Of a stretch of 54,447 bases of DNA, positions 8,424 through 17,705 are shown in pieces (position 1 is the first letter of the stretch; every line of letters begins with the position of its first letter). The DNA is from Candidatus Woesearchaeota archaeon (GTDB taxonomy: Archaea; Nanobdellota; Nanobdellia; Woesearchaeales; GW2011-AR4). The notes under the pieces are model-generated. The model was not told the origin of the DNA and did not search any database. It saw only the letters and a list, made by a program, of their open reading frames with translations. The stretch is taken from the NCBI GenBank assembly GCA_018303185.1, contig JAGVYR010000033.1:1-54447 (forward strand). The letters are read 5' to 3'. A program made the position numbers and the translations under genes.

Positions 8424-11005
8424 TAGATAAAACGACCAGATGGATTGCATACTTAATCCTGCTAGTCTTAGCCGCATCCTTCGCCTCTGCCGCCAACATG
8501 ACGATAAGCCAGCTCATAAATTCCTATGATTATTCCTATTACAACGGGACTATAAATGTAACTTCTTACAATGACTATATGATTGACAAGGATTCCAACG
8601 GAAAGAACGACACTCTGATAATAAACTTGACAACAGACGCAGGCAGCGGAACTTTCACTTTCATAGCCGAGATAGACAACGGAGACAGCATACTGGTGAA
8701 CAGCACTTTAAAGGCTTTGACTGCATCAGACAAGTCAGCAGACATAAGATTCCCATCAGAGCTGCTTTCAAAAGAGAGATTCAACTACAGCATAAGGATT
8801 AACAACAATAATGAGAGCCTGGTTTTCAGGAAATTCAATATAGAGATAAAGAAGTATACAAACTATGAAACAGGCACAGCCATCCTCTCTACAGCGGATG
8901 AAAATGTAAATAACAATTTCCTGAGAATAAACCTTACAATAAATTCAACAGCAGCCACAACAGAGAATATTACTGTAACTTTAGCATATAACTCATCCAC
9001 AATCTCAAAGACAGAACAAAAGACGTTAAGCACTGGAATACAGACAATGTCAATAGACTTTGACAATGAGACAGTTAAAAGCACTCATTTTTATGGCAAT
9101 TTCACCATACTCTCAGCAGTGATAGGCAGTAAGGCTTTTGACATCAATACAAACACTTCAGTTTATAATTATGAGGATTTTGCCCAAACTTCCTACATAA
9201 AATCAATTTCTGACGGAAAAACAGACAGCAACAATAACAACCTTTCAGAATTTTTGGAAATAAACTTCACTATTGAAGTCAAGGAAGCGGCCACATACAC
9301 TGTAAGCTATGATTTGTATGATGAATTTGACAATTTTGTCACAAATATAAGCAAAAGCCAGTCCTTGAACACAGGAAACCAAAAAATACAGACCTTAGCC
9401 AATGGAACTCAAATCTACAAGGCAAAGGTAAACGGCCCTTACTTATTGACATACGCAAAGCTTTCAATAGGCAACGACACAAAGGACATACTGTTTGATG
9501 CGCATACAACAAACCAAAGCTTCTACACTGACTATGAAAGGCCTCCGCTACCCGATCTTAACGTAAGCATTGATGTCTTTTTTGATGAATCTACAAATGC
9601 GACGAATATAACTGTAAACATAAGCAATGACGGGACAGCCCCAGCCTTTAATGTATTCCTGGACATTTTTGACAATACTACTTATAACAATAACAGGAGC
9701 GATGCCTTCCTGGATGTTGGAGAGTCTATTGCCTACAAATTTAACATAACCGGCAGCTCAAACGCAACTTTATATACGGCAATAGCCGACTTTGACAATC
9801 TTGTGGATGAAAGCGATGAAACCAACAACATAGCCCAAAACACAGAATCAGCAGCCCAGGTTGTTTCCCTAGCCATAGACTCAATAACCGAAATCCTGAG
9901 CAACGGAACCCTAAAAACGTTTGAATTTATTATCCATAATGACGGCGACACAGAAGTTACAGATATTTACTGGAATTTTGACACTGATGACAATAATATT
10001 ATCCAGAGCACTGAAAACATAACCTCGCTGGCAGCAGGAGAAAGGGCTTTTGTTTACTTAAAGCATAATTTTAGCACTCAGGGCACTTTTAATGTAAAGG
10101 CTAACGCAACAGGGCTTTCACAAAGCGGGGAAGTTTCAGCCTTTTTGACATCAACTGTAAGCATTGGAGACTTAATAATCAGCTCATTTGATGATTTAAG
10201 CCTAATAGGGCAGGATGCGATATTTGAGTTTAATGTGCTGAACAACCAGGAAGGCAACCTTTCGGACATAAACTGGACATTAAGCGCAGGGGATGGGTCA
10301 ATAATCAACGCAACCCAGACTGTAACCCTGTCAGGCAACGAAACCATCTTTGGCTATGTCAAGCATTCTTATGCCTCAACTGGCACTTTTAATGCCTCAT
10401 TAACAGCAGAAAGCGGCTCAATAAGCGATTCTGCAAGCACAATAGTGGAAATAGCAGACCAAACCGAAAACATGCTGCTTGACTTTGAATTGGCTTCCCA
10501 GAATTCAACAAAAGCGACTTTCAGCTTTAAGATTAACAATACGGAGCAGGGCAACTTAACAGGAATTAACTGGACTTTGGATAACGGGGAAAGCATAATG
10601 GCCGCTTCATCATTAATAAATCTTGAAGAAAATGAGACGCTACTTGTTTTTGCTTCACACAGCTATCCCAATACCGGAGATTATGGGGCTACAGCCACAG
10701 CATTTACAGACTCAATCTCTGATTCAGACACTATCAGCTTTGATTTGGAAGATATTGAGCTGAGAAATCTTACAATAATGAATGCAAGCGGGAATTACAG
10801 GCTGTTTGAGATTGTCATAGAAAATGCCCTTCCAACAAACCTGACCAACGTCTCATGGGCATTTGACACTAAAGACAGCAATGTAATAAACAGCACTTCC
10901 ATCTTGATATTGCAGCCGGAAGAAGCAGCTTTCGTCTACGTAAGCCATAATTTCTCCACGACAGGAAGCTATAATGTAAATTTTCTATATAATTTTCACT
11001 ACTAA
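8420..11005 (+). CDS. Secreted surface protein with CARDB- and PKD-like repeats, probably C-terminally truncated
   Basis: Signal peptide; DxDxNG-type motifs; LPDL…VDESDETNN CARDB-like unit; repeated W…H.(F/Y)…G.(F/Y)N PKD-like units; many N-x-S/T sequons. Confidence 0.8.
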   Translation: MIDKTTRWIAYLILLVLAASFASAANMTISQLINSYDYSYYNGTINVTSYNDYMIDKDSNGKNDTLIINLTTDAGSGTFTFIAEIDNGDSILVNSTLKALTASDKSADIRFPSELLSKERFNYSIRINNNNESLVFRKFNIEIKKYTNYETGTAILSTADENVNNNFLRINLTINSTAATTENITVTLAYNSSTISKTEQKTLSTGIQTMSIDFDNETVKSTHFYGNFTILSAVIGSKAFDINTNTSVYNYEDFAQTSYIKSISDGKTDSNNNNLSEFLEINFTIEVKEAATYTVSYDLYDEFDNFVTNISKSQSLNTGNQKIQTLANGTQIYKAKVNGPYLLTYAKLSIGNDTKDILFDAHTTNQSFYTDYERPPLPDLNVSIDVFFDESTNATNITVNISNDGTAPAFNVFLDIFDNTTYNNNRSDAFLDVGESIAYKFNITGSSNATLYTAIADFDNLVDESDETNNIAQNTESAAQVVSLAIDSITEILSNGTLKTFEFIIHNDGDTEVTDIYWNFDTDDNNIIQSTENITSLAAGERAFVYLKHNFSTQGTFNVKANATGLSQSGEVSAFLTSTVSIGDLIISSFDDLSLIGQDAIFEFNVLNNQEGNLSDINWTLSAGDGSIINATQTVTLSGNETIFGYVKHSYASTGTFNASLTAESGSISDSASTIVEIADQTENMLLDFELASQNSTKATFSFKINNTEQGNLTGINWTLDNGESIMAASSLINLEENETLLVFASHSYPNTGDYGATATAFTDSISDSDTISFDLEDIELRNLTIMNASGNYRLFEIVIENALPTNLTNVSWAFDTKDSNVINSTSILILQPEEAAFVYVSHNFSTTGSYNVNFLYNFHY

Positions 11006-11018
11006 TAAATAATAAAAC

Positions 11019-11188
11019 CGCCGAGACTGGGACTTTCACCAACGATAGCCATCGCGGGACTGAGCGAAGCGAATGTCGCGCAGATGTCAACGGGCTACCG
11101 TTGTTTTGAACCCAGATGCCCTTGCGGGCCAGGCTTACACGTTTCCTGATTTCCAGGCCTGTGCAATGCCGGGTTATGCGATCTCGGC
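11019..11188 (-). tRNA. tRNA-Ser(GGA) with two introns (11136-11150 at 37/38; 11033-11104 at 59/60)
   Basis: Minus strand: acceptor GCCGAGA/TCTCGGC + G73; anticodon stem CAGGC/GCCTG with CT-GGA-A; variable arm GCCC-GCAA-GGGC; T stem CTGGG/CCCAG with loop TTCAAA|T. TATA-like TTTTTAAA about 28 nt upstream. CCA not encoded. Confidence 0.92.
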
Positions 11189-11268
11189 GCAGGAGTTAAA
11201 AGAATTTTAGCCCATTTAAAAAAGTTCCCAATAAAAATCTTTAAATACTGGATAATGTGCTCAATTTT

Positions 11269-12012
11269 ATGGCAATGATGCGCACAGCAAACCCAGCGCT
11301 GAACAAGAGCACATTTGAAAATCTTGCTTCAACAGGGAACGAGTACATGACGATAGACGGCACCGTCAACAGATCCTTTATCCTGCTGATACTTCTGCTT
11401 GTCCCCGCATTTTATACATGGGGCCTTTTCCTTCAGCAAAGCCCCCTCATAATGCCTTTCTTATGGGGAGGGCTTATCGGCGGGCTTGTAGTTGCCCTCA
11501 TAACAGTATTCAAAAAGCAGTGGGCGCCTTATACTGCTCCCATTTATGCGATGCTTGAAGGCCTTGTGTTGGGCGCTTTGTCATCAATGATGGAGCTTTT
11601 ATTCCCGGGCATAGTCATTCAGGCGGTCGCTTTGACTTTTGGAACGATGCTGTGCCTGCTTTTCGCCTACAAGTCAGGCTGGATAAAAGCCACTGAGAAT
11701 TTTAAGCTGGGAGTGGTTGCAGCTACGGGCGCGATATTTGTAATCTATATGCTTACCTTCATACTTGGCTTTTTCAGCATAAACATCCCTTACATACATG
11801 ATTCAGGGCTGATAGGCATAGGATTCAGCCTTTTTGTTGTCGTCATTGCAGCACTTAACCTTGTGCTTGACTTTGACTTCATAGAGCAGGGCGCAAACAG
11901 CAAAGCCCCTAAATACATGGAATGGTATGCTTCCTTTGGATTAATGGTCACTTTAATCTGGCTGTATATAGAAATTCTTAGGCTTCTTTCAAAGCTTAGG
12001 AGCAGGGATTAA
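11269..12012 (+). CDS. Bax inhibitor-1/YccA family membrane protein
   Basis: MRTANPAL N-terminus, 7 hydrophobic helices, C-terminal LVLDFDFIE…FGLMVTLIWLYIEILRLL signature. TATA TTTAAATA at about 11240. Confidence 0.85.
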   Translation: MAMMRTANPALNKSTFENLASTGNEYMTIDGTVNRSFILLILLLVPAFYTWGLFLQQSPLIMPFLWGGLIGGLVVALITVFKKQWAPYTAPIYAMLEGLVLGALSSMMELLFPGIVIQAVALTFGTMLCLLFAYKSGWIKATENFKLGVVAATGAIFVIYMLTFILGFFSINIPYIHDSGLIGIGFSLFVVVIAALNLVLDFDFIEQGANSKAPKYMEWYASFGLMVTLIWLYIEILRLLSKLRSRD

Positions 12013-12028
12013 ACCTTACCCAAATCTC

Positions 12029-12264
12029 GGGTTAGCAGCTTTCGCCCAATTTACGTATTAGCCGAAGTATCGTTGAAGCTCCGTAGGTCCTCGGAAAGCA
12101 ACAGACCATCCGATTAGCTTTCCGGGACTCAAGAAAACCTTCGGTTTTCTGAGCAGAAAATCCCTGATTTTCTTGCTCCTGAAAATCAGAAATTTTCATG
12201 AGAGCCAACCCTCTCAACTCTTTTGCTGTGAGAATAAAATGGGCTCACCTTTGGCTGCTAACCC
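12029..12264. mobile_element. Putative MITE-like non-coding element (236 bp)
   Basis: Perfect 11-bp inverted ends gggttagcagc / gctgctaaccc, TC on both flanks, internal hairpins (agaaaacc-ttc-ggttttct; ctgattttc…gaaaatcag). Confidence 0.5.
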
Positions 12265-12288
12265 TCACCGAAATAAAACTCAAGAACT

Positions 12289-12597
12289 CTAATCAATCAT
12301 CTCAATCTCAATATTCAAGCCCTCAGGAATAGGCACTCTCATAACCAGCCTTAAAGCCCTCTCATCCAGCCCCAAATCAACTAATCTCTTGTGGATTCTC
12401 ATTTCATACCTTTCCCATGTGGCAGTCCCTTCGCCGTCAGGGCTCTTCCTGGTGGTTACTTTAAGCTTCTTTGTAGGAAGAGGAATAGGGCCTCGCATGA
12501 CAACTCCGGTCTTCTGGGAAATATCCTTTATGTAGCTGCATACCTCATTGATCTTGTTGATGTCAATGCTTGCTAATTTTATTCTTGCTTTTTGCAT
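12289..12597 (-). CDS. rps10: 30S ribosomal protein uS10
   Basis: [10 protein letters not shown]…[10 protein letters not shown]…RKSPDGEG…[11 protein letters not shown]; GGTG SD before Met at 12597. Confidence 0.97.
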   Translation of the reverse strand: MQKARIKLASIDINKINEVCSYIKDISQKTGVVMRGPIPLPTKKLKVTTRKSPDGEGTATWERYEMRIHKRLVDLGLDERALRLVMRVPIPEGLNIEIEMID

Positions 12598-12669
12598 TTT
12601 CACACCGGAGTTTGCCACATGAAAAGCTTAGCTGGCCATGATCCCTTTCGGGGTAGCTAAGAAGGCCAT

Positions 12670-13953
12670 TTAGGCCTTCTTGACAAGGTCGATGCACATG
12701 CCGGCTGCGACTGTCGCGCCGGAATCCCTGATTGCGAACCTTGCAAGCTGAGGAATTTCTTTCTGCCTTTCTATGACTAGTGGCTGAACTGGCTTGAGCT
12801 TTACAATAGCTGCGTCGCCGTTCTTAATGAAATCAGGCTTCTCCTCCTTTACAGCGCCTGTTGCGGGGTCAATCTTCTTCTCTATTGAAATGACCTGGCA
12901 TGCAACCTGTGCTGTGTGGATATGGAATACAGGAGTGTATCCTACCGTGACAACAGTTGGATGGTTCAATACAACAATCTGCGCAGTGAATTCTGAAGCG
13001 ACTGTCGGTGGATTGTCCATATGGCCGAGGACGTCGCCTCTTGCTATATCCTTCTTTCCAATGCCTCTCACGTTAAATCCTATATTGTCGCCAGGCTCTG
13101 CCTGCTGCATCTGCTCGTGATGCATCTCTATTGTCTTGACTTCTCCCGGGACTCCTTTGCCTTCCCTGCCAGGAACAACTATGACTTTGTCGTTGACCTT
13201 CATTATTCCTGTCTCAACCCTTCCAACAGGGACAACGCCGATTCCCGTGATATTATACACGTCCTGGATAGGAAGCCTCAATGGAAGGTTTGTCGGCTTC
13301 TCAGGCTCTTTTAGCAAATCAAGCTGCTCAAGCAATGTGGGGCCTGAATACCATGGCATATGTGTTGGCTTCTTGACAATGTTTTCCCCTAATAGGGAAG
13401 CGAGCGGCACGAAGGGAATCTGGTCAGGCTTGTAGCCTACGCTCTTAAGAAGTGCAGTTACCTGCGCCTTTGTATCCTCAAATTTCTTTTGGTCATACTG
13501 GACCATGTCCATCTTGTTGATTGCAATTATCAGCTGCCCTACTCCCAATGTTCTGGAAAGGAAAACGTGCTCTTTTGTCTGAGCCTGGACGCCGTCATTT
13601 GCTGAAACTACAAGGACACCCGCATCAGCCTGCGAAGCGCCAGTAATCATGTTCTTGACAAAATCCTTATGTCCTGGAGCGTCTATGATTGTAAAATCAA
13701 ACTTTGGCGTTTCGAACTTCTTGTGGGCAAGGTCTATCGTAACACCCCTTTCCCTCTCTTCTTTGAGATTATCCATGACGAACGCAAATTCAAAGCCGCC
13801 CTTTCCGAGCTCTTCAGCCTTTTCCTTCAGCTTCCTCATCTCCTGCTCCGGGATGTTTCCTGAATCAAATAGGAGCCTTCCGACTGTTGTGCTCTTGCCG
13901 TGATCTACATGACCTATAAAAACAATATTCATATGTGTCTTGTTCCTTGCCAT
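12670..13953 (-). CDS. tuf: Translation elongation factor 1-alpha
   Basis: [27 protein letters not shown] motifs. Confidence 0.99.
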   Translation of the reverse strand: MARNKTHMNIVFIGHVDHGKSTTVGRLLFDSGNIPEQEMRKLKEKAEELGKGGFEFAFVMDNLKEERERGVTIDLAHKKFETPKFDFTIIDAPGHKDFVKNMITGASQADAGVLVVSANDGVQAQTKEHVFLSRTLGVGQLIIAINKMDMVQYDQKKFEDTKAQVTALLKSVGYKPDQIPFVPLASLLGENIVKKPTHMPWYSGPTLLEQLDLLKEPEKPTNLPLRLPIQDVYNITGIGVVPVGRVETGIMKVNDKVIVVPGREGKGVPGEVKTIEMHHEQMQQAEPGDNIGFNVRGIGKKDIARGDVLGHMDNPPTVASEFTAQIVVLNHPTVVTVGYTPVFHIHTAQVACQVISIEKKIDPATGAVKEEKPDFIKNGDAAIVKLKPVQPLVIERQKEIPQLARFAIRDSGATVAAGMCIDLVKKA

Positions 13954-14007
13954 TATTTACCACCATTCGTATTTTTTAGCATTAATTTTATAGCTGTTGG
14001 GAATCGC

Positions 14008-14028
14008 AGGCTGTTTATAAAGGTTATG
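14008..14028 (-). promoter_or_regulatory. BRE/TATA promoter of tuf
   Basis: Minus strand CATAACCTTTATAAACAGCCT about 60 nt upstream of the tuf ATG; 20/21 identical to the rpl7ae promoter. Confidence 0.7.
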
Positions 14029-14096
14029 GTTTTATTATATCGTGAAATGAATACTTTTAAAGAGAGAAATTAGCAAAAATAAGCAAAAAAACAAGC

Positions 14097-16271
14097 CTAA
14101 GCCCCTACTTGAGCATCAGTAAGGCCCTTCCTGCTTCTTATCTGCCTTGTAATCTTCTCCTGAAGCTCATCCGGCATCTTCTCATACATCTGGTCGATTA
14201 CGCTGCTTGAGCCCCTGCCTTGCGTAGCGCTCCTTAAGTCAGAGCTCCAGCCAAACATTTCCCCAACCGGAAGTTTTGCCTTTACCATCATCATGGCGCC
14301 TTCCTGCTGCGCGTCAAGGAGCTGGCCCCTCTTGTTGGATATCAGCTTGGATATTTCGCCGAGAAAATCAGCAGGCGCATCTATTTGAAGAACCTGCATA
14401 GGCTCATACAGCTGCGGCCTTGCAGTCATCATGCTTGTCCTGATTCCATCCCTTACAGCAGGATAAACCTGTGCAGGGCCCCTGTGAATCGCGTCTTCAT
14501 GCAGCTTCATGTCTGTAAGGATGACCTTGACTTTGATGCACGGGTCCTTTGCTATGGGCCCGGCTTTCATGACATCCTCGAACATGTCGAGAATGAGATC
14601 GAGAACCTCGCCGATATGCACCTGCCCTCTTGTAGCATCCACAAATAGATTTCCCTGGAAAATTTCCTTGACATTCAGCGCTTCCTTGTTGTCCCAGCCG
14701 CATTCAACCAGTTTGTCCCTGATGTTCAAATCCTTTTTTTTGATTCGCATTTCAGGCAATTCGCCTTTCTTTATAGTTTCTGCAGTAGCATCATCCAGCG
14801 GCTCTACCTTGAAAAAGAAATGGTTGTGCTTGTTGGGCGTTTTGCCCATGGCCTCTTCTCCCTGCTTTGCTATAGTTTCCCTATAGACAACAATAGGGGG
14901 GCTGGTCTGCACTTCAACGCCTTTCTCGGTCCTGATCCTGTTCTCTATGACTTCAAGATGAAGCTCGCCCATGCCGTGCATAAGATGCTCTCCTGTCTCT
15001 TCATCAATCTCGATAAGGATAGTGGGGTCTTCCTTGTTCACCTGCCTAAGGACTTCAATGAGCTTTGGAAGGTCTGAAGGCTTCTTAGCTTCAATCGCTT
15101 TCGTAACGACGGGGTCAAATATGTGCGTGATTTTTTCAAAAGGCTCTGTTTCTCCAAGCGTGACAGTTTCGCCGGCATGCGCCTTCAGCCCTGCAACCCC
15201 TATTATATTTCCTGAAGGGACATTATCCACTATTTCCCTCTTCGCTCCGTTGTAGACGAAAACCTGCTGTATCTTTCTCTGCTGCTTCAGCCTGTTTAAA
15301 TAAGCGTCAACACCCTTTTTCATGGTCCCTGAAAATAAGCGGCCTGCAGAAATCTCTCCTGCCTGAGGGTCAACAACAATTTTCGTAATCACAAAAAATA
15401 AAGGCCCCTCAGGATTGCAGGTGATAAGGGATTTGCCTTCCTCGCCTTCAAGGTCTCCATGCCATAGCTTCGGGATGCGGTATTCCTGCGCCTGCACGGG
15501 ATTCGGCAAATGCTTTACTACCATGTTAAGCACGACCTCATGCAATGGAGCCTTGTCTGCAAGCTCCTTGTACCTTTCTCCGCTCTGGTAGCACTCAATG
15601 ACATCCTTGAATGTTATTCCCTTCTGCTTCATATACTGGACTGAAAGCGCCCAGTTGTGGAATGCGCTTCCGAAACACACAGAGCCGTCCTGCACATTTA
15701 CCTGCCATTTCTCGCCCCATCCCTTCGGGGCTATGTCCATGATAAGCCTGTTTACTGCAGTTATGATTTTGACAAAGCGCTCCTGCATCTGCTCCGGAGT
15801 CAATTGAAGCTCTTTTATCAGCCTGTCCACTTTGTTTATGAAAAGCACCGGCTTTACCAGCTCTCTCAGTGCCTGCCTCAAAACCGTTTCTGTCTGCGGC
15901 ATTATGCTTTCAACAGCATCCACAAGGACAATGGCTCCGTCTGCAGCCCTCATCGCCCTTGTAACATCGCCCCCGAAATCAACGTGGCCCGGCGTGTCAA
16001 GAAGGTTGATGAGGTATTCCTCAGTTCCCAGTGTGTGTACCATGCTCACTGATGCAGTGTCGATTGTGATTCCCCTTTCCTGCTCGTCTGCATGGAAGTC
16101 AAGCTTAAGCGCTTTCCCTGCATCCTCCTTCGACATCATGCCCGCGCCCGCAAGAAGGTTGTCTGAAAAAGTCGTCTTGCCATGGTCAATGTGCGCGCAT
16201 ATTGCTATATTTCTTATATGGCCCGGAATCTTCATAATCCTAAGAACCTTGTCAACCATCTTTTCTGCCAT
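14097..16271 (-). CDS. fus: Translation elongation factor 2
   Basis: AHIDHGKTT, ERGITI, DTPGHVDF, NKVD, GMGELHL, diphthamide loop HEDAIHRGPAQ. Confidence 0.99.
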   Translation of the reverse strand: MAEKMVDKVLRIMKIPGHIRNIAICAHIDHGKTTFSDNLLAGAGMMSKEDAGKALKLDFHADEQERGITIDTASVSMVHTLGTEEYLINLLDTPGHVDFGGDVTRAMRAADGAIVLVDAVESIMPQTETVLRQALRELVKPVLFINKVDRLIKELQLTPEQMQERFVKIITAVNRLIMDIAPKGWGEKWQVNVQDGSVCFGSAFHNWALSVQYMKQKGITFKDVIECYQSGERYKELADKAPLHEVVLNMVVKHLPNPVQAQEYRIPKLWHGDLEGEEGKSLITCNPEGPLFFVITKIVVDPQAGEISAGRLFSGTMKKGVDAYLNRLKQQRKIQQVFVYNGAKREIVDNVPSGNIIGVAGLKAHAGETVTLGETEPFEKITHIFDPVVTKAIEAKKPSDLPKLIEVLRQVNKEDPTILIEIDEETGEHLMHGMGELHLEVIENRIRTEKGVEVQTSPPIVVYRETIAKQGEEAMGKTPNKHNHFFFKVEPLDDATAETIKKGELPEMRIKKKDLNIRDKLVECGWDNKEALNVKEIFQGNLFVDATRGQVHIGEVLDLILDMFEDVMKAGPIAKDPCIKVKVILTDMKLHEDAIHRGPAQVYPAVRDGIRTSMMTARPQLYEPMQVLQIDAPADFLGEISKLISNKRGQLLDAQQEGAMMMVKAKLPVGEMFGWSSDLRSATQGRGSSSVIDQMYEKMPDELQEKITRQIRSRKGLTDAQVGA

Positions 16272-16778
16272 TTACTCACCCTTCCATAAAAGCTCAGGCT
16301 TTGTGGCAGTCTTTTCTTCTGTCGGGAAAATTGTGTGTATCAGCTCAAAAGGCCTGAACCACAGCTTGATTTCCCTTTCTGCTTCTTTCCTGCTCTCTGA
16401 AGAATGGACTACATTTTCAAAAACTCCCTTTGTCGTTATCCTTCCATATCTTCCCCTGATTGAGGTAGGCCTTGCCTCTTCCGGATTTGTGGAGCCTGCA
16501 ACCTCCCTTACTTTGGCGCATGCATCCTCCCCTTCATAAACAAGCGCAAGAACCCTTTTTACATGGAATTCTCCCATGATATACTGTATAAGCTCTCCGA
16601 AGAATTTCTGCTCCTTGAGGTGCTGGTAATGCTCCTCTGCAAGCTCCTTGGTCACCTGGACAACTTTTGCGCCTACAAGGATAAGGCCCGTGTCGGAAAG
16701 CTCTGTTATTATATTCCCGACAATGCCTTTTGCAAGCCCGTCCGGCTTTATCAATACAAGGGTCTGTTCAGCTGCCAT
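16272..16778 (-). CDS. ndk: Nucleoside diphosphate kinase
   Basis: EQTLVLIKPDG, GSTNP…SIRG, NVVHSS phospho-His motif. Confidence 0.96.
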   Translation of the reverse strand: MAAEQTLVLIKPDGLAKGIVGNIITELSDTGLILVGAKVVQVTKELAEEHYQHLKEQKFFGELIQYIMGEFHVKRVLALVYEGEDACAKVREVAGSTNPEEARPTSIRGRYGRITTKGVFENVVHSSESRKEAEREIKLWFRPFELIHTIFPTEEKTATKPELLWKGE

Positions 16779-16779
16779 T

Positions 16780-16962
16780 TTACTTCTTTGCTCTCTTTTC
16801 AAAGCGGGAGCTCCACTGTGTCCTTATTGGCTTCCTCCTCAGCTTGAGCATGTTCTTCTCGCATTTCATGCTGCAGAAATAAAGCACTTTTCCATCTTTC
16901 TGCACGAACATCTTTCCCGTCCCAGGCCTAAGGTTCTCGCCGCAAAAAGTGCACTTTACCAT
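16780..16962 (-). CDS. rpl24e: 50S ribosomal protein eL24
   Basis: CTFCG…PGTGKMFV…FCSMKC zinc motif. Confidence 0.96.
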   Translation of the reverse strand: MVKCTFCGENLRPGTGKMFVQKDGKVLYFCSMKCEKNMLKLRRKPIRTQWSSRFEKRAKK

Positions 16963-17255
16963 CAGACCGCACCCCTTCCTGCCTTCTCAAGCTGCCTTGC
17001 CTCGAATTCTGTTTCGCGAAGCATGAGCACATCCCCTTTCCTTACAGGCCCCCTTACATTTCTCCTCAAAACTTTGTTTTTGTCCCTTCCGTCAAGGACT
17101 CTGCAGCGTACCTGTATCGCTTCCCCTCTTGTTCCTGTCCTGCCTATCACTTCCTCGACTTTTGCAGGGGTAGCAAATGTGAAAGTGACAGCCCCTTTCT
17201 TTTCCTGCTGCTGTTGTGGCGGCCTTCTCTGCTGGTCTTTTTGTTCTTCTGCCAT
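16962..17255 (-). CDS. rps28e: 30S ribosomal protein eS28 with a Q-rich N-terminal extension
   Basis: [18 protein letters not shown]…[19 protein letters not shown]. Confidence 0.96.
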   Translation of the reverse strand: MAEEQKDQQRRPPQQQQEKKGAVTFTFATPAKVEEVIGRTGTRGEAIQVRCRVLDGRDKNKVLRRNVRGPVRKGDVLMLRETEFEARQLEKAGRGAV

Positions 17256-17265
17256 TTTATCTCAT

Positions 17266-17604
17266 TTATTGCTTTAAAAGCTCTTTGAGTATGTCCTTTG
17301 CATCCCCTTCCTGTACTATGGCAACGGCGCTTGTTCCCTTGTCTATGCCTGCTGCCGCCCCCAATTCCTCTTTGCTGGGAACTTGGACGCATGCAACGCC
17401 TTTCTCTTCTGCAAGCAGCGGAAGGTGCATCACGATTTCCGGCGGAGAAACATCCTTGGCAACAACGACAAGCTTTGCCTTGCCCTTCTCTATTGCCTTT
17501 GTCACTTCATTTGTTCCTTTCCTTATCTTTCCCGTAGCCCTTGCTACCTCTATTGCTTCATAAGCCTTGTCAATCATTTCCTTCGGCAGCTCTGTCATAG
17601 CCAT
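17266..17604 (-). CDS. rpl7ae: 50S ribosomal protein L7Ae (eL8)
   Basis: KIRKGTNEVTKAIEKG…AKDVSPPEIVMHLP…SKEELGAAAG. Confidence 0.97.
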   Translation of the reverse strand: MAMTELPKEMIDKAYEAIEVARATGKIRKGTNEVTKAIEKGKAKLVVVAKDVSPPEIVMHLPLLAEEKGVACVQVPSKEELGAAAGIDKGTSAVAIVQEGDAKDILKELLKQ

Positions 17605-17649
17605 ATTCTCACCTTTGTTGTTTTATTTGGCGAGGTAATAGAAAAAATT

Positions 17650-17689
17650 ACCTCAATCAGGCTTTTTAAAGCCCTCATCTATCACTGGT
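17650..17689 (-). promoter_or_regulatory. Tandem kink-turn element in the rpl7ae 5' UTR
   Basis: Minus strand ACC-AGT-GA-TA-GAT-GA-GGGCTTT-AA-AAAGCCT-GA-TT-GA-GGT folds into two stacked K-turns. L7Ae autoregulation through leader K-turns is known in archaea. Confidence 0.75.
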
Positions 17690-17705
17690 GCATTTCAGGA
17701 ATCTG

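Noticed and set aside
12032-12217. 61-aa ORF inside the inverted-repeat element
   Set aside because: No transposase similarity and no clear start signals; likely incidental.
14097-16271. EF-2 paralogue lacking the diphthamide site, or an intein
   Set aside because: HEDAIHRGPAQ is canonical and the length is normal.
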